Shown here: positions 25,816 to 37,886 of the stretch, one piece after another | Layout of the letters: the number at the start of each line of letters is the position of its first letter | Numbering within the stretch: position 1 is the first letter of the stretch | Assembly (NCBI RefSeq): GCF_006345805.1 | Contig: NC_043001.1 | Span: 100,750,001-100,814,000, forward strand | From: Octopus sinensis | Taxonomy: Eukaryota | Length of the DNA stretch: 64,000 bases | Direction: 5' to 3' | The notes under the pieces: model-generated | Database searches by the model: none | What the model saw: the letters and a program-made list of their open reading frames with translations, nothing else | What the model was told of the DNA's origin: nothing | Made by a program: the position numbers and the translations under genes

Positions 25816-25839
25816 CTAATAATAATAATAATAATAATG

Positions 25840-25929
<90 letters not shown>

Positions 25930-25950
25930 CAAAAAAAATAATAATAATAA
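25816..25950. repeat. (AAT)n microsatellite
   Basis: Seen directly. Confidence 0.95.
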
Positions 25951-25954
25951 AAAT

Positions 25955-26230
25955 ACGTAAAAATACAAAAAAATCATTGACAATACATAGAATGTACCAC
26001 CCTAAGGCAAATATAGAACGACTTTACCTACCAAGAAAAGAGGGTGGCCATGGATTTTTACAACTGGAATTAACAATGAAGATTGCCATAATTGGCCTAA
26101 ACACCTACTTGAAAAACTCTGATGACTGGATGTTAAAACTTGTCTCAAAGCATGAAAACAAGAAAGCTTCATACTCTGTAACAAAACAGGCAAAAGAATA
26201 TCTAAGTGATTTCCAAATACAACAAATTAC
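25955..26230 (+). mobile_element. R4/Dong-like non-LTR retrotransposon fragment
   Basis: TKKSLTIHRMYHPKANIERLYLPRKEGGHGFLQLE matches the post-RT HPK.D..RLYLPRKEGGRGL motif. It begins immediately after (AAT)n. Confidence 0.75.
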
Positions 26231-26734
26231 CTCTAACCCATGCATGCATAGAAAAGGGGACATGAAATGACAATGATGATGATGATGACAATGATGATAA
26301 TGAGAGACGAAGTCAATATAAGGATGATGATGACGATGACTATTTATATATGGCAGAGAATTAGGGTGAGTAATACAGTGAGTCTATTGCATTTAAGTGT
26401 TGTTATAAGACTAGGATTTTAAAAATGGGGAAACTAAAACTTCTATAAGTGTTGGTGAGTAAAGTAATTTAGAGCAGGGCATCAAAGTTTTGAAGCATGT
26501 TTAATGGAAACCCAGCAATTTGTTTTAATGATAGAATTATAAGAAATGTCAAAAGTAGATGGTGAAAAATTCTGTAAGAGGTAGCAAGGATCACAGCTGA
26601 ATGTGCTGAGCATCACATATATGGTGCCACTGCATTGAGATAGATTAATTTGCATGCAACAGAATCAGTCCAAACTCACCAGCATACAAAAATATTAAGA
26701 CTTATACTGGTGCCAGGAGAAAAGCCGTGGTAAT

Positions 26735-26930
26735 GGTGCCACGTAAAAAAAATCTCACATAGAAAGCACCAAGTACACTCTGTAGTGGTTGGCATTAGGA
26801 AGGGCATCCAGCATGTAGAAACCAAAGAAAACACTACAGCCTGGCATGACTCCCGGCCTTGCCAATTCCTGTCAAACCGTCCATCCCATGCCAACATGGA
26901 AAATGGACATTATATGCAGCTGATGATGAT
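26735..26930 (+). mobile_element. RTE 3' tail fragment
   Basis: GTGGTTGGCATTAGGAAGGGCATCCAGC...CCCATGCCAACATGGAAA...(GAT)n. Confidence 0.82.
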
Positions 26931-27296
26931 GTCAGGATATTTAAAATTGCAGACCACTCCACATTTTTCTCTATTATATCAATTACACATTTATCAGCTT
27001 ACACATAAGATTATATCCATACCATAAATCAAAGCTGGTCATACGAATGAGGCAGTTTCTATGGGGTTAATAGATCTGTTTAAACTCACTCTGATTTCAC
27101 ACTCACTAACTTTGAAAAAGAAGGACGATGGAGATATTGGTTAATGTAATCTTCACATGGATCAGCAGTTTTCTGTCAGATAAAGATATAGGTTGATAAT
27201 AATCTTTTGCTTCCTCTGATCAACATCTCATCAGCTCTGGTATGTCACAGGATACTGATCCCACCGCCACCGCCTCCACCGCCACCACCACCACCA

Positions 27297-27475
27297 CAGT
27301 CTTTCTCTTGACCAACAGCTTCCTATATGTCCTCACCTCCAACAGCACTCACTGCTCCATGTCAGTGATGCAACCCTCCATTCTACATGCAAGTGTCATC
27401 CACATACAACCCAGGACCCCTTATACAAGTACTACATCCATGAATTCAGACCTCAAAAGCATTCTTCAGTGGTGG
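27297..27475 (+). mobile_element. LINE RT fragment (Jockey/L2-like)
   Basis: Remnants FLLTN, TSNSTH, (S)DATLHS (YADD region) and SMNSDLKSILQW. Confidence 0.45.
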
Positions 27476-27699
27476 TGGTGGTGGGGAGGAAGGTCATACC
27501 ATTTTTGTCTCCAGCAGCACCAAGACAACCATTACACATATAATATGGAAAACAAACCAACACTGGTTGTCAAGAGATGGTGGTGGTGGGAGGGAGACAA
27601 ATACAAGCACAAAGGCACACGCACACACATTCATAGATATATATGTATGTACGCATACATAATTATTTAGAGGGGACAAACAAGGACAGACAAAGGGTT

Positions 27700-27864
27700 T
27701 CAATCGATTACATCAACTCCAGTGCATAAGTGGTACTTATTTAATAGACCCCAAAAGGATGAAAGGAAAAGTCGACCTGGGTAGAGTTTGAACTCAGAAC
27801 ATAATGCTATACAAAATACCGCTAAGCATTTCGCCCGCTGTTAACAGTTCTGCCAGCTTGCCGC
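27700..27864 (-). mobile_element. SINE family A
   Basis: Reverse complement of family A (GGTACTTATTT...AAAGGATGAAAGGAAAAGTCGACC...TCTGCCAGCTTGCCGC). Confidence 0.85.
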
Positions 27865-27920
27865 GTATGTGTTTAATGTATGCATACATAATACACACAC
27901 ATGCACACACACACACACAT

Positions 27921-28078
27921 AATGGACTTCTTTCAGTTTCCATCTGTCAAATCCATTCACAAGGCTTTGGTTAGCACAGGGTTATGGTAAAAATCTGTAG
28001 CCCAAGGTGCCATCCAGTGGGACTGAACCCAGAACCATTGTGGCTGGGAAGCAAACCTCTTACCACACAGCCACCACT
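27921..28078 (-). mobile_element. SINE family B (5' half)
   Basis: Reverse complement of the family B head. Confidence 0.85.
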
Positions 28079-29138
28079 CTGGTGGTTATGGCTGATATTA
28101 TCTAAAGTGATGTGCTTCATTATCAGAATACTCTCTTCTGGTGTATGGAAAGTTTCATTTGATGATGACATATTTATTCTGTTAAAATACATTATGCATT
28201 CATATATTATTGGACATCATACTGTTAAAATATAATTTCTCTTAAAATGCAGCAAAAAAAAATTATCTTTAAATACTTTTGTTCTTGAGTAATACACACT
28301 ATTCATTATTCTTGTTTTAATCATTATCATATACATCATCATCAATAATTCTAATCATCACCATCACCATCACCACAACCATCGCCACAACCACCACCAC
28401 CACCATCATCAACTCAGATAAATATCAAATTGTAATTTTTCATGGTATCATGTGTTTTAGAAGTAAATATATAAATTTTCATTGGTTTCAATATTTATCC
28501 AATATTAAACATAATGTTTTCCTTTTTTCTTTTTGTAATATTTTATTTCGTAAATATATATTTTTAAAGAAGATACATAGATACGTTGTTATTACTGCTT
28601 GTAATGTATGATGTTTAATGCATTTCTTGTTGAGATATCAGTTCTTTTGAAAATATGATATGGAGGATGCTTCAAGAAAGAATTCAATTCATACCCGGCA
28701 CCAGATATTAAGTACAAACTCTCAGCAAAAATTAATCAGTAGATATGTGTTATTTGTCAATCACCATTCCAATTGTAAAAAGAATTCTTTTACCCTAGAA
28801 CCAGTAACCCAACACTGATCCTTCCTCCTGCAGAAAAAAAAATTGGCTTATAGAAATTTCTATAAAATGAAATGTATTCCTGATAGCGTCTTCGAGGCCA
28901 TCCATTGTATGTTTCCCATTGCATGAGGCAAGTATCTAACTCTTGTTTTCATGTTGCACCAAATACTCAAAGCAAGATTAAACAATCAACTTGCCTGCAA
29001 CATCAACAGAAGCAACAACAATCACAACAAAATAACCATTGATGCTTCGAAAAAAATTAGATAATGTAACCATGGATTTCATATGTGTTTTTTTAATATT
29101 CATTCAAATTCCTTTAAGATATTTTTGTAATAAGACAA

Positions 29139-29139
29139 C

Positions 29140-29193
<54 letters not shown>

Positions 29194-29465
29194 TAATAAA
29201 AATAATAATAATAATAATAACAACAATAACAATAATAATAATAAACAATAAAAATAATAAAAAGAAACATTTCAACAACAATAATAATAATAATAATCAT
29301 TTCTTTTATTAGCCACAAGCGCTAATAGTAATACAAATAATATTGATGTTTTTTTGTAGTTACTACTACAACTACTAATGTTACTACTACTGCTACTGCT
29401 GCTACTGCTACTACTACTACTACTACTACTACTATTACTACTGCTACTACTACTACAACAACTAC
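29139..29465. repeat. (AAT)n and (ACT)n microsatellites
   Basis: Seen directly. Confidence 0.93.
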
Positions 29466-29980
29466 TTTTTCCTTTTAAGTTCAAGTGAGTTCTTATAAAT
29501 TGATTTTTCTTTTATTTCCTTCCTTATATTTGGAAGGGTTTTAGGTGACAATGAAAATGGTTACAGTTTTTTCTTCCTTATTTTGTAACTCTTCAAGGCT
29601 TTCACTTTTCTTACTGCAACATTTTTTTGTTGTGTTCTCTTCTTTTATTATCTTTGAAATACAAAAAATATATATATATATATATATATAAATAAACCAT
29701 GTAATGCTGAATTGAAGAATGTGATATTACTACATTTTTGAGATAGTTTCCACTAAATATCAACAATAAATTGGTCATCCAAAGCTTACTTGCCATTCTA
29801 AATATGGCACTTCCACAATGAAAGCAGCAAAGTCAGTCAGTCTTCAGAATTGAGAATAATTTTTTTCTTCAACACATTTTCTGCTTTAATTTAATTGTGT
29901 GTGACATCTGGAATTCCCAAGAGTAAACTGCAACATTTCTTAACTGTTCTTAAGAAGTTAATCGAAGTGTGTAATTGTTT

Positions 29981-30166
29981 CATCCATCCATCCATCCATC
30001 CATCCATCCATACATACATATATACATATATACATATATACATACATACATATATACATACATACATATATACATACATATACATATATACATATATACA
30101 TACATACATATATACATACATACATATATACATACATATACATATATACATATATATATATATACA

Positions 30167-30218
<52 letters not shown>

Positions 30219-30305
30219 ATATGTATTTATATGTATGTATGTATATATATATATTATATATATATATATATATATACATACATATAAATACATATATATA
30301 TATAT
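29981..30305. repeat. (CATC)n/(TACA)n/(TA)n microsatellite
   Basis: Seen directly. Confidence 0.95.
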
Positions 30306-31950
30306 AGATGAACATCAATGGAATTTGTATCTTTGTGGTACCAGTGCCGGTGGCACACAAGAGAAAACCATCCGAAAGTGGCCGTAGCCAGTACCGCATC
30401 GACTGGCCTCCGTTCTGTGGGCACATGACAAACACCATCCGATCGTGGCCGTTCGCCAGCCTCATCTAGCACCTGTGTCGGTGGCACATAAAAACACCAT
30501 CCGAAGACCCGGCAAGACTAGTCAGGCCATAACCCATGGCCCCTACCTGGGACGTAGTCAGTCCACCTGTGCATACCTTCCTTCTTGTGACACTTGTGAA
30601 GACCTGTTGAGGCAAGTGAAAATCAAATCAAAACAAATCAAAATAGATGAACATCAATGGAATCTGTATCTTTGTGGTACCAGTGCCGGTGGCACACATG
30701 AGAACCATCCAGTGCCGGTGGCACACACTTTGTGGTACCAGTGCCGGTGGCACACATGAGAACCATCCGAACGTGGCCGTAGCCAGTTCCGCATCGACCG
30801 GCCTCCGTGCTGTGGGCACGTAACAAACACCATCCGATCATGGCCGTTCGCCAGCCTCATCTGGCACCTGTGTCGGTGGCACATAAAAACACCTTCCGAA
30901 GACCCGGCAAGACTAGTCAGTCCACCTGTGCATACCTTCCTTCCTTCTTGTGACACTTGTGAAGACCGGTTGAGGCAAGTGAAAATCAAATCAAATCAAA
31001 TCAAAATAGACAAAATAGATGAACATCAATGGAATTTGTATCTTGTGGTACCAGTGCCTGTGGCACACAAGAAATCCATCAGTGCCGTAGTCAGTGCGGT
31101 GGGCACATGACAAACACCATCCGATCGTGGCCGTTCGCCAGCCTCATCTAGCACCTGTGTCGGTGGCACATAAAAACACCATCCGAAGACCCGGCAAGAC
31201 TAGTCAGGCCATAACCCATGGCCCCTACCTGGGACGTAGTCAGTCCACCTGTGCATACCTTCCTTCTTGTGACACTTGTGAAGACCTGTTGAGGCAAGTG
31301 AAAATCAAATCAAATCAAATCAAAACAAATCAAAATAGATGAACATCAATGGAATTTGTATCTTTGTGGTACCAGTGCCGGTGGCACGTGGCATATAAGA
31401 AAACCATCCGAACGTGGCCGTAGCCAGTACCGCATCGACTGGCCTCCGTGCTGTGGGCACGTAACAAGCACCATCCGATCGTGGCCGTTTGCCAGCCTCA
31501 TCTGGCACCTGTGTCGGTGGCACATAAAAACACCATCCGAGCGTGGCCGTCTGCCAGCCTCGTCTGGCACCTGTGTTGGTGGCACATAAAAACACCATCC
31601 GAGCGTGGCTGTCTGCCAGCCTCGTCTGGCACCTGTGTCGGTGGCACATAAAAAACACCATCCGAGCGTGGCCGTCTGCCAGCCTCGTCTGGCACCTGTG
31701 TCGGTGGCACATAAAAAACACCATCCGAGCGTGGCCGTTTGTCAGCCTCGTCTGGCACCTGTGTCGGTGGCACATAAAATCACCCACTACACTCTCGGAG
31801 TGGTTGGCGTTAGGAAGGGCATCCAGCTGTAGAAACACTGCCAGATCTGACTGGACTGGTGCAGCTTTCGGGCTCCCCAGACCCCAGTTGAACCGTCCAA
31901 CCCATGCTAGCATGGAAAGCGGACGTTAAATGATGATGATGATGATGATG

Positions 31951-31951
<1 letters not shown>
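30304..31951 (+). repeat. Tandemly amplified RTE 3'UTR: four 320-372-bp units, five 62-63-bp subunits, then the normal 3' end
   Basis: ATAGATGAACATCAATGGAA recurs at 30304, 30643, 31015 and 31335. CACCATCCGA recurs at 31469, 31531, 31593, 31656 and 31719. The array ends with the RTE terminus and (GAT)n. Confidence 0.9.
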
Positions 31952-31981
<30 letters not shown>

Positions 31982-34680
31982 CATCATCATCATCATCATC
32001 ATCTTTTTACATCAGTCCTCCATGTTGGTATGGGTTAGATGATTTGACAAGATTTGGTCAGCAGGCTTTGGTTTGGTTTCTACAGCTGCACACCCTTCCT
32101 AATGCCAACCACTTTACACAATGTATAGCTTTTATGTGACACCAGAATGGGTGCTTTTGCGTGGCACTGACACAGGCCTGTCTGTGTGACACCAGCATGG
32201 GTGCTTTTACATAGCACCAGCATCAGTACCTTTGTGCAGCACCAGACTGGCATCTCTCAGCTGAGAGAGGGATGTAGAAGGTGTACCTCTGTGTAAGGAC
32301 AACCATGATTTCACTTACTTTGACATGATTTCTCAAAAACAGCAAACCACCAAAAGTCGCAGCCCCTTGTCATCTCCTCTGTGAAGCTCAACGTCTGAAG
32401 ATCCTTTCTCACCACTTCATCCTATGTCTTCCTGGGTCTATCCCTTCCACATGTTCCTTCTGCAGTCTGAGATCAGCACCTCTTGATGTATCCGTCTTCA
32501 TTTAAATGCATCACATAACCATTGCCAGTGCAGTCTTCTCTCTTGCACATTACATCTGATGCCTCTCAAATCACTTGCACTGTCATATATGCACACTGAT
32601 GTTACCCATCAAGCGGAGCATACTGGCTTCATTTCTTTCAAGCCTTTGCATATCCTCGGTAGTCACAGCCCATGTCTCATTGCCATGCAGCAGAGCTGTT
32701 CCTACATGGGCATCATACAATCTGCTTTTCACCCTGAGGGAGAAGACCTTTGTTACTAACAAAAGTAGTAGCTCTCTGAACTTCACCCAACCTATTCTTA
32801 TTCTAGCAGCTATGCCTTCGAAACAAATGCCACCACAACTAACTGGGTCACTTCAGTAAAAGAAACTGTCTACTGCTTCTTAGGTTCGCCCCCAGACATT
32901 TGAGCGAGTTGATTTTCTGTACATGCTTGGTGTTGAATGTACCTACACATCTGCCACATATAAAGACTACTTTCTCTGTTAACCTTCCTGTGATGCAGCT
33001 ACTCCTACATGTCCATACCTTTCACTGGGTACACTATAAGGAGTTTCAAGCAACACCTTTTTTACATATCAAACAAGACCATCTCCCTGAAGAGATCAAA
33101 GTCCTACTTACTAGGGCTTTGGTCTTTGCTAAATTAGCTCTAAAACCCTTTGATTTCAGGCTATGTTTCCCTTACCTGAAATTTCTTCACTAGTTTTGGT
33201 AGTGATTCAGCTATAAGAACAAAATCATCAGTATAGAGGGGCTTCCAAAGGCTGCCAGTTTTCAATTCCTCTGTTATAGCCTGAAGGACTATGATAAACT
33301 GGAGGGCATTGAGAACTGATCCTTGGTGAACTTCTACCTGTACCCTGAATGCATTGCTACGTATACTTGTTGCCAACCTTCACCATACTAGTGGCATCCC
33401 TGTACATGGCTTGTACACCTCTCACCAACCACTCATCTGTCCCTAGCTTCCATGTTGTGCACTAGATAAGGGAGTGGGTGACATTGTTACAGGCTTTCTC
33501 CATGTCAACAAAATCCAAGTACAAAGGTTTATTTTGGTACTTTTCCAAGTACAAAGTTTTATTGTCTTGGTACTTTCCTGCCTCACAAGTAAGATAGCAT
33601 CAGTAAGGCTTTTTTCTGCATCTCATCTAGGCTAGTGTTCTTCCTAATTAACTGAGTTATGAGCCTTTCTGTACGTTTCATCATCTGGTCCACCTATTTG
33701 ATGCCTCTGTAATTATTTCTTTCTAAGGTATCACCTTTGTTTTTGTAGCAGTTGACTATAGTGCTGCTACACCAATCATTGGGTATGACTCCCTCATGTA
33801 ACTAGGCCATATCCCAATCCACCAGATATTTTAAGCATCTCAGCTAAGAGTTGCTGAAGTATGGAACAAACTGCCGGCATCAGTTGTTAGTTGTCGGAGC
33901 ACTGCATCTTTCAAAACTTGCATGCTTCCTGACATTCGCCAACACTACACCTGATCTTCTCCCTTCCATACACATGCAAGTATGTATCTGACTCATTCAC
34001 TGTTCACTTCCCAGACACTTGTACATTACTGCATATGCTTTATATGCACTTTTGACAAGTTGTGGTGCACCTGAGTACTGTATACAATAATTTCATTATC
34101 ACTATTATTATTAAAATTCCTGATGGGCCAGGGCTTTCCCTGTCTTTATAATTGCCTTATCTAATAAGCTACTGTCAATTCAGATGGCCAGTCCCTCAGT
34201 TGAGTCCCCATTAAACAGACTTTCTTTCTCTTATGCATTTTCCACATTTAGCAACCTTTCATAGAGGCACTTCCAAGCCTCCTTCTTTGCAGAATTGTTA
34301 ATTGCAAATGAGCCATCATGAAGGCAAACACATTTCTCTCGTACAGTATCAAAATTCTCTCTACACACTATCTTGCAATCCAAAACGCCTCTGGTCCTGA
34401 TGCCACAGAACATTGGCAAACTTCTTTTACTCTACTTCTCCCTTGGCTGAGTATATCTGTCTTCCAGCTTTCCTTCTTGCTACCTGATATAGTTCTCTAC
34501 TGCTGCCATTTTTACATTCTTTCTAAGTCTGTTTCTTTGTTCTAACGACCCTGTCTAATTCCCTGTTCCAGCACCATCTCACCCTAGGTTTGATTAGAAC
34601 TTCACACCAACCATGGATTTGGTCTGTTGCACTTGGTAAGCTGTCCCATAGGAACTACCAGTTGTCCTCTATGTTACATA
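31982..34680 (-). mobile_element. RTE-type LINE, ~2.4 kb 3' portion (RT pseudogene plus 3'UTR)
   Basis: Remnants KKEAWKCLYERLLNVENA, (S)PGPSGI|AEMLK, FVDMEKA, VEVHQGSVL, LYTDDFVLIAES and ALLHGNETWAV...RLERNEASMLRLM, with a (GAT)n tail at 31982. Confidence 0.92.
33847..34113 (+). mobile_element. CR1/L2-type LINE 3' end inserted in the RTE element
   Basis: RVAEVWNKLPASVVSCRSTASFKT followed by a 3'UTR and (ATT)n tail. It splits the host PGPSGI/AEMLK motif. Confidence 0.85.
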
Positions 34681-35035
34681 CATCATCATCATCATCGTTT
34701 AACGTCCGCTTTCTATGCTAGCATGGGTTGGACGATTTTGACTGAGGGCTGGTGAACCATATGGCTGTACCAGGCTCCAATCTTGATCTGGCAGAGTTTC
34801 TACAGCTGGATGCCCTTCCTAATGCCAACCACTCCGTGAGTGTAGTGGGTGCTTTATACGTGCCACTGGCATGGGGGCCAGTCAGACGGTACTGGCAATG
34901 ACCTCGCTCGAATCTTTTTACACATGCCACCAGCATGGAGGCCAGTAAGGCGACGTTGGTAAAGATCACGCTCGAGTGATGCCCTTTTACGTGCCACTGG
35001 CATGGAAGCCAGTTGGCTGCTCTGGCAACAATCAT
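34679..35035 (-). mobile_element. RTE 3'UTR fragment
   Basis: Close reverse-complement match to 4425-4820. Confidence 0.88.
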
Positions 35036-35589
35036 GCGTACACGAATATGTATAGAAACATTCATATTTACATACACCACAGTTATTTGAAAATGGATAG
35101 ATGTCATACATCTACACATATATATATTCACTGTTTAGATTTAGTTGATCAGTTAGAAAAACGGTTGAACTTTCCAGCAGCACCTTTTCTTGGCTAACTG
35201 TACATACTTTGCTCTGTAAAATCAAACATGCTTCGTTCTTTACTGCACAATAAAAACAAAACGTAACACATTTTATCTTTAATACAACAAACACATCATT
35301 TTATTGTGGTGTTAATTTTTGCGGAGAACTTACCATTTCTTTTGTTATGCAGGCAATTTGTTACTTGATATATTGAGAAATGGTTTGATCTCATCTTTCT
35401 TTGTCATATTCTGGCAAAGAAGGAAATATTGAATGTGTATTCAAGAAGTTAATCATTGTTGTTCTCTGAAAAACATTTCTGTGTAAATTTTATCTTGTTT
35501 GCACACATTTACCAATTGAGACAAACAAAAGTGTGTCAAGTACACAAAAAAACACGTGCAGACGCACACACACACACACACACACAGAT

Positions 35590-35750
35590 GATGGGCTTTT
35601 TTTAGTTTCCACCTACCAAATCCACTGACAAGGCTTTAGTTAGCCTGAGGCTATAGCAGAGGACACTTGCCCAAGCTACCAGGCAGTGGGACTGAACCCA
35701 GAAACCGTACGGTTAGGAAACAAACATCTTATTACATAACCACACCTGCA
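35590..35750 (-). mobile_element. SINE family B (5' half)
   Basis: Reverse complement of the family B head. Confidence 0.82.
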
Positions 35751-36000
35751 TTGACATGAGCCAGGTAAGTAGGAAAAGTTAAAAAAGCATAAAACAAAAT
35801 AAATATATATAAAATTAAAGTGACCCCTAAAACTGAGACATGATGAATAACTATCTCGTTCATAAATACATTATGTTGTGCATGAGTCAGGGTTGTCATG
35901 GTTAGAATATCTTTGATCATAAGCTAGCTTGATCAGGGCTGATCAGACTTAAACAACAACAATACCAAGTTTTAAATATTCTAATAAGGTTTATTTAGAT

Positions 36001-36239
36001 TAGTGGTTCTCAACTGTGGACCCTTTTGTTTCCTATTTTACTGGGTGGCCCCTCATAGCCATTTGATGCTTAATAAATCTTATTATATTTTTGTAATTAA
36101 ATATTAGGAATTATATTTAAAAAATGTTAATATATTTTGAGGGTTGCGGAAGTATAACAAATTTACTCCACGTAAATTTTAACAACAAAATCTTACAGAG
36201 ACCCCCAAAGGTCATATGAATCCTGGTGAAGAACCAGTG
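36001..36239. mobile_element. hAT (Charlie-like) MITE
   Basis: Degenerate TIRs TAGTGGTTCTCAAC / GTGAAGAACCAGTG. The 8-bp flanks ATTTAGAT and AGCTAAAT match at 5/8. Confidence 0.6.
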
Positions 36240-36890
36240 AGCTAAATGATATTAAGGTAACTTCTAAATTAGCTACACTTAATTAGCTCTTCTCATTAAT
36301 GAAACTATTAAGCAACCATCACCTATTATACAACCGACTTCTGAGACTTTCTGCATTCAAGCATGGCTACCCATAACAATTTCAAAGGCTACATTCATTT
36401 CATATCATCCTTAATATTTCTCTTTATGTCCTTTTCTTCACATTGGTGAATGAGAAAAGGTTTGAATGGATTGGGCATTTGGTTGGAACTATATATTACC
36501 AACACCAAATACTCTAGCGTGATCCAATTAAACCTTTAATATTGTCTTCTTACGTCAGGGAGAATTTGGTTACTCTGCTTTCAATCTTCAGCACTACCTT
36601 CTAAATAGGAATATAACTGATACGTTGTTAGGAAGTGAGAAATTTGACATAAAATTAGTTCAAAGGTTCTTAGTGAGGTACATGTTAAGAGACCTGGCAT
36701 GAATGAGGAGCAATAATTCCAAAATCATATCTACATGCATTCATAGGTACATGCACATACACACACACACATATATACATACACACAAACACATACATAC
36801 ATGCATACATACAAACACATACATACATACATACATACATACATACATACATACATACATACATACATACATACATACATACACATACAC

Positions 36891-37530
36891 ATAATGGCTG
36901 CTCCCTCGTTCTCGAGTATAGCCATCACCTGAAGCGTTTCAGAACTGGTCTCATAGCACAAATGTACCTTTCAGGGAAGGCAAGTGAACCACACACTTTG
37001 CCACAGAAGTTATACACACGATTTTCCCCAACAACAGGAGAAACTGAGTTATTCTGAAAAAAAAAAAAAACGTGTGTTTTATAGTTTGCCACATCATTGC
37101 TGATTGTTGGGTTAATATGCATCGTCTAAAAGTGTGGACTTTTTAATGTTTGATTATTGTGATACAGACTCATTATGCTGTCTTGGAAGAAAGGAATTTG
37201 AGGCTCTCAGGTTTTATGTCCAACTTTAGATAAAGATTTTTGTCCACATATCCATAATAGCGTGCTTTTTACACCAGCATTCCAGAGAAATGAGATGTGA
37301 TGTGGAAAAGTTCTTCCCAGTGCTTCAAGCCTCTGATATGAATTAGTATTTGTTTAAGGAATGATATTTTATAATTTTCTCCAGCTAGAGGATAATGCCT
37401 TGACTGCTTTAAGACGATAGACATGTGCAACAATTTAAGACTCTTAATAGAAGTGATTTGCTGAAAGTTAACATTACAGATGGGTTCCTTATAGGGCATG
37501 TCCTCAGCATACAGCAATTGCATTTTCAGC
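36891..37530 (-). mobile_element. Decayed RTE-like LINE 3' end with (TATG)n tail (36780-36890)
   Basis: Remnants QLLYAE, IKSLK, HWEE and a terminal C2H2-like YNFCGKVCGSLA, followed by a short UTR and tetranucleotide tail. Confidence 0.5.
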
Positions 37531-37550
37531 ATGAAAAAGGGGTTAGATAA

Positions 37551-37630
<80 letters not shown>

Positions 37631-37691
37631 CGTCTATCTATCTATCCGTCTATCTATCTATCTGTCTTTCTATCTATCTATCTATCTATCA

Positions 37692-37732
<41 letters not shown>
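37551..37732. repeat. (TCTA)n microsatellite
   Basis: Seen directly. Confidence 0.96.
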
Positions 37733-37733
<1 letters not shown>

Positions 37734-37842
37734 TAGAAGGTTTGGAGGTGATGTACAGTTGTACAGGTATTATATATTAGAAAAAATAAAGTACTCAGAA
37801 ATCAGTAAATGTACAACTATCCAAATTTCTGAATACCTTATT

Positions 37843-37875
<33 letters not shown>

Positions 37876-37886
37876 GCATACACACA

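Noticed and set aside
28795-28828. 34-nt minus-strand micro-exon (polyT-CAG ... GTAAAA)
   Set aside because: The donor is weak, there are no partner exons and no recognisable peptide.
31469-31780. CRISPR-like array of hairpin repeats
   Set aside because: The units are contiguous and near-identical with no unique spacers. There are no cas genes, and the context is a eukaryotic LINE 3'UTR.
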